A program made the translations under genes and the position numbers. 64,000 nucleotides of DNA from Oikopleura dioica. Taxonomy: Eukaryota; Animalia; Chordata. Positions 13,851-23,953 of the stretch are shown in pieces (position 1 is the stretch's first letter; every line of letters begins with the position of its first letter). The stretch is from positions 13,020,001 through 13,084,000 of the forward strand of contig OU015567.1 of the NCBI GenBank assembly GCA_907165135.1, in the 5' to 3' direction. Below the pieces are notes generated by a model. That model was not told where the DNA came from. It saw only the letters and a list, made by a program, of their open reading frames with translations, and did not search any database.

Positions 13851-15730
13851 CGAGTCTCCTTTCCAAAATTTATTAAACAATTACAACAAAACGCAAACAG
13901 CAGCAACAATTTACTTTACTTTCCAATATCACCTCTCCAAAAAACTCGATCCTCGAGCTACTAGTTTCGTACGAGTCTAAATCTTATTTCGAAAAGAAAC
14001 TACATCCATTTAAAATTTAAATTTCTTTCCAAAATTCTTGGAAACACAAAAACTTGCCGACCGACTGGACATTTTTGGCGATTTTAGAGCAATTTTCAAA
14101 AACTGTTTCCAACCCAAAAAAAAATGAAGCTACTTGTAGCCCCATTCCAGTGCAACTTTACATACCCTCATGTTGGGTTCTCTTCCTTGTTTTCTTCCAC
14201 TTTCATCTTCCTTTTCTCCCTTCTGTACTTTCTTATGCTGTTTGTACCGGAAGGGTTGAACGATTTGAAGAAGCAACGAACCTCCACGGGCTCTGTACGA
14301 GTACTTTCTGCACTGTACATTGTAAATATCCTGTCGTTCCCTGAATATCTGGTTAAAACGAACACTCGAAGGCGCAAAAAGCGGCCTCTGTCTTGCGTGT
14401 TTCTTTCTTGCAGGTTGTTTTTCCCTATTTACAGTTACAGTAGCAATTACAGATACAGTCACAATCACAGAAACAGCGATTTATAAATTTCTGGGAGTGC
14501 TTACTATTATTTATTATCTACTAAACTAAAACAGGTCAAGAGAAAGGACATCCTAAATTTGTACCGTCGGTAGTACAGTTTTTAAGCACTAGAATAAGGT
14601 CGTCTCGGCATTTTCGTACATTTGACTTGACAAATTTGCATCTTGGAAATTCAGCTTTTTCAAATTACCACTCTCTCAAGTAATTTTTATTTCAGCCTGC
14701 CTTTCTTCACACAATTAAAAATCAATTTTACTAGCTTATTTTTTGACTATTTGGCTGCTTTTTTTCTCTCATATCGAAGTAGGAAGATATTTTCTTTGTC
14801 TCTTGAAAATCGCGTACCAGATTTTACTTTTCATCAATCAAAGTCAAAGCTCCCGTTTTTCCGCTTCATCAATAATTATTCACAATTAATCCCGGTTCGA
14901 GTTTTACTATTTTTTTTATCAAGAATTAAAAATGTTAATATCATTTAAAATTTCGTCTTCCTTTTTTTCAACTTTTCCATTTTCAACTTATCAAACAACA
15001 AAAACCAATAAAGTATTCTTATCTCTCCTTTACCTGAATAATATTCAAAGTAGTTTCAAAATTGGAACGCAAATGCAAATTCTAGCATTTTTCTTTTTCA
15101 ATCGCGGAATTTCCCGTAAAGGCTGCAATCGATCTTCCATATATATTATTTTTCTTTTTAACTCTTATGTTCATCTAACAATTTGACCACTAAAGAGGAG
15201 ATTTCATGAAGCATCATGATGTTACGACAAAATTTCGGTGGTGGCTTTTCAGCTTCTGATTGGCTTGCTGATCGATGAACAGCTTCTGATTGGCTAAAAT
15301 TTCAAAGCAAAATTTAGCTCGAAACTTTTAGTTTCTTCGTGAATTCACCCCTTTTTGACCTCTAAAACTACCCTAACTGTTTATATTACCCAACTTATAA
15401 AGAAACCTTCCTAACGATTTCCGATTTTAACTCTTAAGTTCCTCATCGTTCTTCTTCTCCTCGTCTTTATTATTTTGTTAAATATTCTTTTTAAACTAGG
15501 TTTACCTTTCATTTTTTGAAGAAAAAAATCCTTCTATCCTCGAAACTCTCCCTCAGATTTCGTTGTGTTAATCTTTGGAACATACACCTACCCGAAAATA
15601 TGCTGTTTTTAAAAAATAAAAAATGATTGTCAAAAAAATGATGAAATTTTTCGAATTTAGAAAAATGCTCAAATTGACCCGAAGGATTCTTTTTCAGAAA
15701 GCCGCTCGTTTTCGAACTTCAAACGCCAGA

Positions 15731-18700
15731 ATGGACCAAACCAGCCAGAAAATAGCGCAGATTGAAGAGTTGAGCAGAGAACTTGATGCTCTTCTTGAAC
15801 AAGCGACGGCCAGTGCCCCTGAAAGAGTTCAAGAAAGTGTCAAGGCTCTCCAGGCAGATAAACAGAAGCTAATCTACCAGGTAAGATGGAGTTTTTGAGA
15901 TTTTGTGATTTATTTTGAGCCAGGCGAATATTCTCAGAAGATCAGTTAATGCAGAGAAAATCGAGGCAGAGAAAAATAATGTTCTTTCGCAATTTGAAAG
16001 AGTCAAACCAACTACTTATCAAGGTAAATGATTTATTTTGAGCTTCGCAAGAAATGTATTCTATATGATGACAAGATTGAAGCGATTGTTGATTCATTTT
16101 AGATTCACGGTTATTATTGTGTTTTGATTTTTGTTTTGTACTGGGGAAATTTTAAGGAAAACCCTTTTCTCATTTTTGATTCATTTCGGGGCAAATTTTC
16201 TTGAAAGCGTTTGTTTTATCCTTTCGAATTTGGGTTTCTTATATGTGCTAGAGCATATGGACCATATGATATAGTTCTGAACATGGCAAGGTGCTACTGC
16301 CATATGTGCAGTTGCTCTCGCAGGTGATCCATTTTCCCCTTCAAAGCCATTATCCGACCTGACCATCAATTCTAGCTCCAAGTGGAACCGTCCTACCTAA
16401 ACCTGGCAAGCAAAATATCTTAATAACCTCTGCTCTTCCCTACGTCAACAACGTCCCTCACCTCGGCAACGTCGTCGGCTGTGTTCTCAGTGCCGACATC
16501 TTCGCCCGCTACTCCCGATTCAGTGGTAAGAAAGATTTGCTTTTTAAATATAAAAATATGTTATATTTACATTTTCTGTACAGAAGTGGGTTGATTTTTT
16601 CGTTATAAAGGACCTGCATCAGTTTTGCTTGAAGATTCACAGACAGATTCTACGCGCCGGCGGAGAATTGCTTGCATCACATTTGCTCCGTTTGTTTTCA
16701 ACTCTAAATTTATAAAAATAAGGGTTTATGCGTCGGAGAATCTTACCGTAAATTGCTGCTAGAATCGAGCGAATAGTTCCCAGGCGAAAGCCCATTCGTT
16801 CAAGATCATCTTGACGAAGTTGTTGAAAGGAATTGAAGGTTATGTCTTCGTCCAAGAATCGATAATGACAGTTCATCAGGTTAAAATATACAAGCAATTC
16901 AACCAGCTTCACTTCGCCATTGAAATTTTCGCGGGCTAGGAAACAGCTTTTATATTTCAATTTTTGATTTGAAACTTACATAAAAGAGCGCCGTTCTTGT
17001 TCACAAGTGAAGTCAAATCGCCATCAATATTGGCAGTTCTGAAGCCCAAAGTGCTCTTGAAGAAATTCGTGAGAAAATACGGCCCCTTTTGGGAAGTGCA
17101 AAACGTTTCGAGCTTTGGGAAAGCAATGCGGAATCGCCAGTCGTGTCGATTTAAATCCCCAGTTTCTTTCAAATGCTTGTAATCGTTTACAATCACGGAG
17201 CCTTAAACTTTTGTTTTTTTGTAGACTTCGATTAATTCTTACCTAGCTCGTAAGATTTATCAATACAGGCGAGTCCAACATCTCCCGACTGTCCCTGACT
17301 CATGAGCCAGTGATAGATCGGATTCTCCGGCTTCTTCTTGAGTAACATGTGATACATCTCATAATTATTCGTCTCGAAGGCTATTCTCAGCGCAGTGTGA
17401 CCATGAATGTTTTTCCTCTCTAACTCTTGAGGGTGATGCTCCAAGATAAGCTAAAAATGCATTTTGTGGTGCTTATCGCGCCAGGTGTTTGGTCTTACCT
17501 GAACAATTCTTATATAACCAAAGCGCACGGCAAAATGGAGAGCAGTATTTCCTCGGCGATCGACGTGATCGTTGGTTGCTCCTTCGTCCAACTTTCTGAT
17601 CACTGATGATGTATCGCCGATTCGATTGTGGCCATTTATCGCAGAACTAGAAATCCTTTATCAAATGAAAACTACCTCAAGTTACCTGTCTTCGCTCAAA
17701 TTAATATATCCGACCGCTTCCTTGAGGGCTAAATCGAGGGAAATCTGCTTTGCCGTCTTTCTGATTCTCCACTTTGCCTGCTCCCACCATTCTTCCTCCT
17801 TGTGCCGTCGCTCGAGACAGTCGAAGACGGTGCAAGATTCGCGGAAGGCTCTTTCTTGAATTTTCGTGCGCCCGGCCATTCGTGCTTTTTTCAACCGGTC
17901 GCAAAACTAACTAAATTCTTCAAAGCAAAACACCACTCGGTTCGTGGGCATTCTAGAAACATTCTTGAAAATTTTTTTTCTAGGAAAGAATACGCTCTAT
18001 ATTTGCGGAACTGATGAATATGGAACTGCTACCGAGACAAAAGCATTCCAAGACTTCAAAGAGCTCTATGATAAGGATGTTCGGCAAGCGTGCAAGGCAG
18101 TGTGCGATAAGTACCACGCTTTGCATAAAGAAGTTTACCAGTGGTTCCAAATTTCGACCGACCATTTTGGGCGAACATCGACCCAGTTTCAAGATGACGT
18201 CGTGCATGAAATTTTCAACGATTTGGACAAGCGAGGCATGTGGCTAGAAAAGGATGTTCAGCAGCTGTTCAGTCCAAAGTTGGACAAGTTCTTGGCTGAC
18301 AGATTCGTCGAGGGAACATGCCCTAAACCGGAGTGCGCGTACGAAGATGCCAGAGGAGATCAATGCGACAAATGCGGCGGTTTGCTCAACGCTATCGACT
18401 TGGTTAATCCTCGATGTAAATTCACTGGCTGTACTCCTGAAATCCGAACTTCAAAACATCTCTTCCTCAATCTGCCTAAAATTGAAAGCGAACTCAAAGT
18501 CTGGCTCAATGAAGTGACCAGCGAGTGGTCTAACAATGCTAAACAGATCTTTGATTCGTGGATCAAGAAGGGTTTGGAGCCAAGATGCATGACAAGAGAT
18601 TTGAAATGGGGAGTAAAAGTGCCAAAAGAAGGATTTGATCATAAGGTCTTTTACGTTTGGTTTGATGCGCCTATTGGATATCCTTCTATTACAGGTGAGA

Positions 18701-19753
18701 CTATCTCAAATTATCGTAAAGCCCTAGATCGAAATTTTCTTCAGCTGAGTATACTCCTAAATGGCGAGATTGGTGGCAAGGCAAAGATGTCAAATATTAC
18801 CAATTCATGGGCAAAGATAATGTTCCGTTCCATTCTGTTCTTTTCCCCTCCTATTTGCTCGGCACTGGCAAGCCCTGGAATTTGGTAGGCAGACCCTAGA
18901 ACTTTCGAGAAGAAAATTTGTTTACTTAGGTGAACGTTATAAACGCGACGGAATATTTAAATTATGAAAACGGTAAGTTTTCGAAGTCGAGAGGGGTCGG
19001 TGTTTTCGGCAATCAAGCGGCAGAAACGAATATTCCATCTGATGTTTGGAGGTTTTACTTGATTTACATGAGGCCTGAAGTGCAGGATACTGAGTTCCAG
19101 GTAAGCTATTGTAATCTCAAGAGCTTGGTAGCACATAAAATTATAGTGGAGCGATTTCCAGTTGAAGAACAACTCAGAATTGCTCAACAACTTGGGCAAC
19201 TTCATCAACAGAGGACTGTCCTTTGTGGTCAAGTTCTACGACCAGAAAGTGCCCAGCGCGGAGATAAACGGAAATATGCGAGCTTGGGTTGCTGAAGTCA
19301 ACGTTTTGCTCAAGGAGTACATTGAATGCATGGAAAGTAATCAACAAAGAGAGGGATTAAGAAGAGTGCTTGCCATCTCAAAACTTGGTAACAAATTGAT
19401 TCAAACATGGCAACCGTGGGTCAAGGTCAAATCAAAGGTAAGCTTTTTCGGGGAAAAAGCTGTCTGAAATCAGTTTTAAGGATCCAGCGTTGCGCAACGA
19501 AGCATCAGCATGTGTGATGCTTTCAGCTAACCTCGTCTTTTTATTGTCCTCATTGTTGGAGCCCTTCATGCCCATGACTTCATTCGAAATCGCGAGACAA
19601 CTTGGTGTCGCGCGCGCTCAGATTCCATCAAAGTTCGGCGCTTTCTTGGAAAAAGACCACAAAGTCTACGAGAGCAGGCCATTATTCAGAAAGATTGAAG
19701 ACGAAGAAGTGAAAGAGTATCGAGTACGATTCGCGGGCAAAGCGGATAAATGA
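15731..19753 (+). CDS. MARS1: Cytosolic methionyl-tRNA synthetase with N-terminal coiled coil and no C-terminal appended domain
   Basis: [19 protein letters not shown] (HIGH), [10 protein letters not shown], zinc knuckle CPKPEC...[49 protein letters not shown]; 1458-bp intron 16526-17983; ends at a normal TGA stop. Confidence 0.97.
16603..17879 (-). CDS. Ankyrin-repeat plus SAM-domain protein nested antisense in a MetRS intron
   Basis: [10 protein letters not shown]... coiled N-terminus; ankyrin motifs [10 protein letters not shown] and [11 protein letters not shown]; SAM-like [50 protein letters not shown]; multi-exon, wholly inside intron 16526-17983. Confidence 0.7.
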
Positions 19754-19886
19754 AGAAATTAAGGGCGTAAGATAGGAAAATTATAATATTGTGGCTGCTT
19801 CTTTTTTAATTTATTTCTGTCTGTCATTCAACGAGGTTCACTTACTTACGTAGCATTTGACAAACACTTTCATCTTCAGAAGAAAC

Positions 19887-20036
19887 ATGTGCTGAGTGTT
19901 AATTTCGTGCTGTTCGGAGGCCTTCAAGGCTATCGGCCGATGTTTTGGTTGTTACAAAGACGAGGAAGACAAGCCGCAAGCTTCTTGACAACGGCCCCCG
20001 CAGCAGCAACAGCGAACTCGAGGTGGATGAGGTTAA
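19887..20036 (+). CDS. Candidate 49-aa selenoprotein A with three in-frame UGA (codons 3, 34, 48)
   Basis: MCUVLISCCSEAFKAIGRCFGCYKDEEDKPQASUQRPPQQQQRTRGGUG*; TGA at 19893, 19986, 20028; acceptor at 19879; paralogous to the next ORF; SECIS-like element downstream. Confidence 0.75.
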
Positions 20037-20051
20037 GCCTCTTCGAGAGGC
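20037..20051 (+). promoter_or_regulatory. SRE-like stem-loop 6 nt after terminal UGA (gene A)
   Basis: TGA GGT TAA then GCCTC-TTCGA-GAGGC; same layout in genes B and PITH with compensatory changes. Confidence 0.7.
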
Positions 20052-20096
20052 GAACTAAATCCACCATGCTTTGAGTCAACTCACGACTCATCCTTC

Positions 20097-20163
20097 TGGA
20101 CGAGCCAATGAAGCTTCTTGTGAAACGATTCTGTCGACACATTTTGCAGAAACTCTTCGTCCA
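20097..20163 (+). promoter_or_regulatory. Type II SECIS-like element (gene A)
   Basis: Helix I TGGACGA/TCGTCCA; ATGA at 20108; helix II GCTTCTTGTG/CACATTTTGC (four central mismatches); AAA; mini-helix CGA/TCG; GA at 20149. Confidence 0.65.
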
Positions 20164-20319
20164 ATTCTCAAATCTACTATTTCGTAAAATAAACCATTCC
20201 CTCCCATTTGATCCAGCATTATTTAATATTCCTCCATAATTATTTTGATTTCTGAATAAATTTTTCGCATTCCAATTTCGAGTTCTTCCTTAATTTTGAC
20301 TTTTCAGACAACGAACACC

Positions 20320-20517
20320 ATGGTTTTGTGATTGATTGTTTCGGGCATCCGCTCCGCGAGTAATGCCATTTCTAAGGCCCTCAAGGGTGACGATAGCCAA
20401 AAGGTAGTCTTCTTTTAATTTTATTGGTTTGAGAATGTTTAGCCTATCGAATCCTCAGGTGGCTGACAGAAACCCCAAGCTGTCGAGAAATCGCAGCAGA
20501 AGTCCAAATGAGGCTAA
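20320..20517 (+). CDS. Candidate 52-aa selenoprotein B with three in-frame UGA (codons 4, 36, 51); two exons
   Basis: Exons 20320-20403 and 20443-20517 (39-bp GT-AG intron): MVLULIVSGIRSASNAISKALKGDDSQKPIESSGGUQKPQAVEKSQQKSKUG*; TGA at 20329, 20464, 20509; acceptor ttttcag at 20307. Confidence 0.75.
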
Positions 20518-20531
20518 GCCCCATTTGGGGC
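20518..20531 (+). promoter_or_regulatory. SRE-like stem-loop 6 nt after terminal UGA (gene B)
   Basis: TGA GGC TAA then GCCCC-ATTT-GGGGC. Confidence 0.7.
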
Positions 20532-20583
20532 CCTCAATGATTCTACTTATTCATACGTCTCAGTAAGCAAAGACTTTCTTCGT

Positions 20584-20657
20584 GCGAGCTCATGAAGCCT
20601 CAAGCTCAAAGGGTACCTGCCACGACTTTTGGTGGAAAATTTTCTTCTCGTCTAAGA
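20584..20657 (+). promoter_or_regulatory. Type II SECIS-like element (gene B)
   Basis: ATGA at 20592, GCCTCAAGCT/GACTTTTGGT helix (imperfect), AAA, mini-helix GGT/GCC, GGAA with GA at 20635; helix I GCGAG/CTCGT; near-identical to the PITH-gene element. Confidence 0.65.
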
Positions 20658-20883
20658 TTGTCTTTATCCTCTTGACATCAGCAGGATAAACGATTTTTGT
20701 TGTATCACTGCTTTTCACACTTACTGTTGATATATTCAATATAAATCCTAATAAGCGATTTCTCGTGCACTGCCTGTTGTTAAAGTATATCGGTATATAT
20801 TGACTGTTCTCGTTTAATAAAAAAATCAATTTTTGATTGAAGAAAAAAGTTGAAGAATGAACTGATAGAAAACACAAACAGAG

Positions 20884-21535
20884 ATGAGTGGTTGTGTGAA
20901 ACTTGTCGAATTAGATCCCCTCGTGGACAAGGTAAAATTGTCCGAAAATTGCCGGGTGGGTATTCATGAATTTCTTATCAGGGGAAGTCTGAGTGCTTGA
21001 ACGAAGACGATGATCACACGTGGTTGAACGTGATCGAAGAATCCGCAACCGGAGAGCTCAAATCCGACTGCGATGAGCAGCTTATCCTCAGAGTAGAGTT
21101 TACTCAGCCCGTTAAGCTTCATTCTCTCGTCATTGAAGCTGGGTGTGACGCGGAGCAAGCCCCCAAAGTAAGAGAGCTTCTCGGAGGTGCGAATTTCTCA
21201 AACCAGGGTGCTTTTCTAGGAAATTCGACTCTTTGCGAATGAAACGAGTCCGATTTCTTTTGATGATGCTGAGCAGAGAAAGTCGACGCAGGACTTTGAC
21301 TTGTCCTTCGAAGAGCTGTCGAAGCCGATTGAAGTTCGATTTGTCAAATTCCAAAAAGTCAATAATATCACAATTTTCTTCAAGGTACATCTTTTCCGGG
21401 ATCTTTTTTTTTGAGTTCGCTCTTTAGAACAACCAAGGTGATCAAGATGTGACCTCCATGTCCAAAGTGCAATTTATCGGTTCGCCCATTGCCACAACGA
21501 ACATGAGCGAGCTCAAGAAGGTCGGATGAGGCTAA
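20884..21535 (+). CDS. PITH-domain-only protein (TXNL1 C-terminal-like) with predicted C-terminal Sec-Gly (...KKVG-U-G)
   Basis: Exons 20884-20931, 20982-21167, 21220-21384, 21428-21535; ECLNEDDDH, LKSDCDEQLILRVEFTQPVKLHSL, VRFVKFQKVNNITIFFKNNQGDQDVT, FIGSPIATTNMSELKKVG then TGA(21527) GGC TAA. PITH identity is firm; Sec read-through is inferred. Confidence 0.85.
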
Positions 21536-21550
21536 GCCCCTTCGAGGGGC
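21536..21550 (+). promoter_or_regulatory. SRE-like stem-loop 6 nt after terminal UGA (PITH gene)
   Basis: TGA GGC TAA then GCCCC-TTCGA-GGGGC. Confidence 0.7.
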
Positions 21551-21592
21551 GCCGCTGAACACAGCGATAAACAACATGTTTCTTCTCCAAAA

Positions 21593-21691
21593 GAGGATCT
21601 TCAGCGAACTTATGAAGCCACAAGTTCAAAGGGCCACATGCCACGACTTATGGTGGAGCGCATTTTTAATGTCATCGCTGCCTGGATTCTC
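21593..21691 (+). promoter_or_regulatory. Type II SECIS-like element (PITH gene)
   Basis: ATGA at 21612; helix II GCCACAAGTT/GACTTATGGT (9 of 10 paired, counting G-U); AAA; mini-helix GGC/GCC; GA at 21656; basal helices CAGCGA/TCGCTG and GAGGATC/GATTCTC. Confidence 0.75.
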
Positions 21692-21786
21692 TTTAAATTT
21701 ACCCTTTCTTCTGTTATAAAAATGCTTCAAAGTCAAGCTGACACCCTTTGATTGAAGAATGTTAAATCGCTAGAACAAAGAATAAA

Positions 21787-23799
21787 ATGACAGACGAATT
21801 CATGGAGAACATGGGAGAGTACTCCTTCGATATGTTGGAGTTACTCGGCACTGGTTCTTATGGATCGGTTCACAGGGCGGTGACAAAAGACGGGCTCGGA
21901 AACGAATTCGCGATCAAGAAAGTTACTACAAGCGATTTGAGCGATATGATCCGCGAAATCTCCTTCATGAAGCAACTCGACTCCCAGTTCATTATCAAGT
22001 ACTACGGATCATTCTGCTTGGACAACAGGTTAGTTTTTGGAGCTTTTTTTTGGATCAGATTTCAGAAGATCAGTTTAGCGATCGTCATGGAGTACTGCAG
22101 CGGAGGAAGTATCAGCGATATTTACAGGTGTAGAAAGCAAACACTGACAGAAGAGGCTTGCGCCACGATTATTCGGGACACCCTGTTTGGACTCGACTAT
22201 CTTCATCAGCAAAGAAAGATTCATCGAGATGTCAAGTGTGGAAATATTCTGCTGACAGGTAGTACTGCTTTCGATTTTTCGAAGAAAATTTGATTGATGG
22301 CGTTCAGAGAAGGGCGTAGCCAAGCTAGCAGACTTCGGTGTCTCCGGGCAACTTACAGAAACGTTCAATAAACGCAATACCGTCATCGGAACGCCGGTAA
22401 AGTTGCCTCATAATCGAATTAGCGGCCCAATTAAGACTCTGTTAAGTATTGGATGGCGCCGGAAGTCATTCAGGAAATCGGATACGACTGCTTAGCCGAT
22501 ATATGGTCGCTGGGGATCACTGCCATTGAAATGATAGACGGAAAACCGCCGTATTCGGAAATGCAGGTTGCTCGCGCTATTTATACGATTCCGCAAAATA
22601 GCCCTCCGACATTCAAGGAGAGTAACAAAAATCTATCTCTTGATTCAATCTTAAAAACGCTCTTGCTTTAGTCTTTCAGTTTGTTCACTTGTAATTACAG
22701 GATCCAGCAAATGTGTCGAACATTTTCAACAATTTCGTCAAGCGTTGTCTTATCAAGAAACCCGAGAAACGGAGTTCTGCTGCCGAGCTGCTGGAAGAAG
22801 AGTTCATCAAAAATGCTCGTCGATCGAGGGAACACATTATTGAAATTATTGAAGAAGCTCATGAAATCAAGAGACGACTGAGTCAGACGAAAAACAAGCG
22901 TCAGGAATCTATTAATCGTAGCTCAGGTTGATCAAGGTTGAGTCAACATGCGTTTTTACTGACTTGTGTAGGATCTGAAGAGAATGAATACAGTACTGTC
23001 CTCAAAAGCGAAAACTCTCCAGCCGGAACAATGCTTGAAGGATCATCTACGATCGTAAAGTCATTCAACAGTATGTGTGTTTACGAAAACACAACCAAGC
23101 AGTCGTCAAATCAGCGCAATACGTTCATGAATTATATCCAAGATTTGCCACCACCGCCTCAAGCTGCCCAGATTAGGTAACGCGTATATATATTTACGTC
23201 TTTGAGATAAATAGCCCAGAACAGCGGTTGAAACTTTAGAAATAGAAACGTCTTGATAAAAAGAAGCGAAATACTGTTGTAAAGCTCATGTAACAAATGG
23301 AGAGATAAAAAAAAACTATTACATATGTAGTAATTAACCGCGTTTTAAAAAGTATGAACCCAGATGTAGAAGAAATACGCAATATTCTAAAGGGAACGCG
23401 AAACCTGAAAGATTACTCGAGCGATCAGCTACGCAGATTTTTGGATTTAATTGACCCCATGATGGAGCAAGAACTCGAAGAAACGCGCGAGGCCTATTTG
23501 CAAAAGCAAAAGCCTATTACTGACGTAAGTCTTACTGTATTTCTCCGCATTTATAAGACCATGCTCTTATTAAACTTGAGTCTTGGTCACCAAGATGGGA
23601 TTTTTTGGAACTAAAGTGGAAACACTCTTCAACAACCAATTTGTTTTTTTTTCATAATTTTTCTACGGGGCTCACACTCAAGAAAACTCTTGTCTTTTCT
23701 TCAGTGCTCACGTGATTGCTTATTTGCTAACAACACTTTTAGGCATTAGAAGCAAAAAGACTTGCGCGACGGAATATGCAAGAAAAATACAACAACTAA
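21787..23799 (+). CDS. STK3: Hippo/MST STE20 kinase with C-terminal SARAH domain
   Basis: [76 protein letters not shown]; SARAH-like [33 protein letters not shown]. Confidence 0.92.
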
Positions 23800-23953
23800 A
23801 AGTACTCTCTACCTTATTGACCTGCAATACCTTTTTCCTTAACATCTCTTCCTCTGTAAATTTTCTTCCTAACAACATTCTATGTCTCCCTGCCTTCATT
23901 AAAATTGATAAAAAATCTCTCTATTCAAGTAAAAAAAATTTTGATTTCTTCAG

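Noticed and set aside
16603-17879. Nested ANK-SAM gene as ASZ1/GASZ, a piRNA partner of the nearby Armitage-like gene
   Set aside because: Only about two ankyrin motifs seen, with no bZIP-like or C-terminal TM region; orthology unsupported
19889-20142. ORF-track ORFs 19889-20074 (+) and 19930-20142 (-) as real genes
   Set aside because: They are alternative-frame or antisense shadows of the UGA-containing gene A, whose frame is supported by paralogy with gene B
19751-21535. Genome-wide reassignment of UGA (for example to Trp or Cys) as the explanation for in-frame TGAs
   Set aside because: MetRS ends at a normal TGA (19751-19753) and the long conserved ORFs in the window contain no in-frame TGA; UGA read-through is tied to SECIS-bearing genes only
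1-23799. Functional clustering of alpha-catenin and Hippo kinase
   Set aside because: About 20 kb apart on opposite strands with unrelated genes between; coincidence is sufficient
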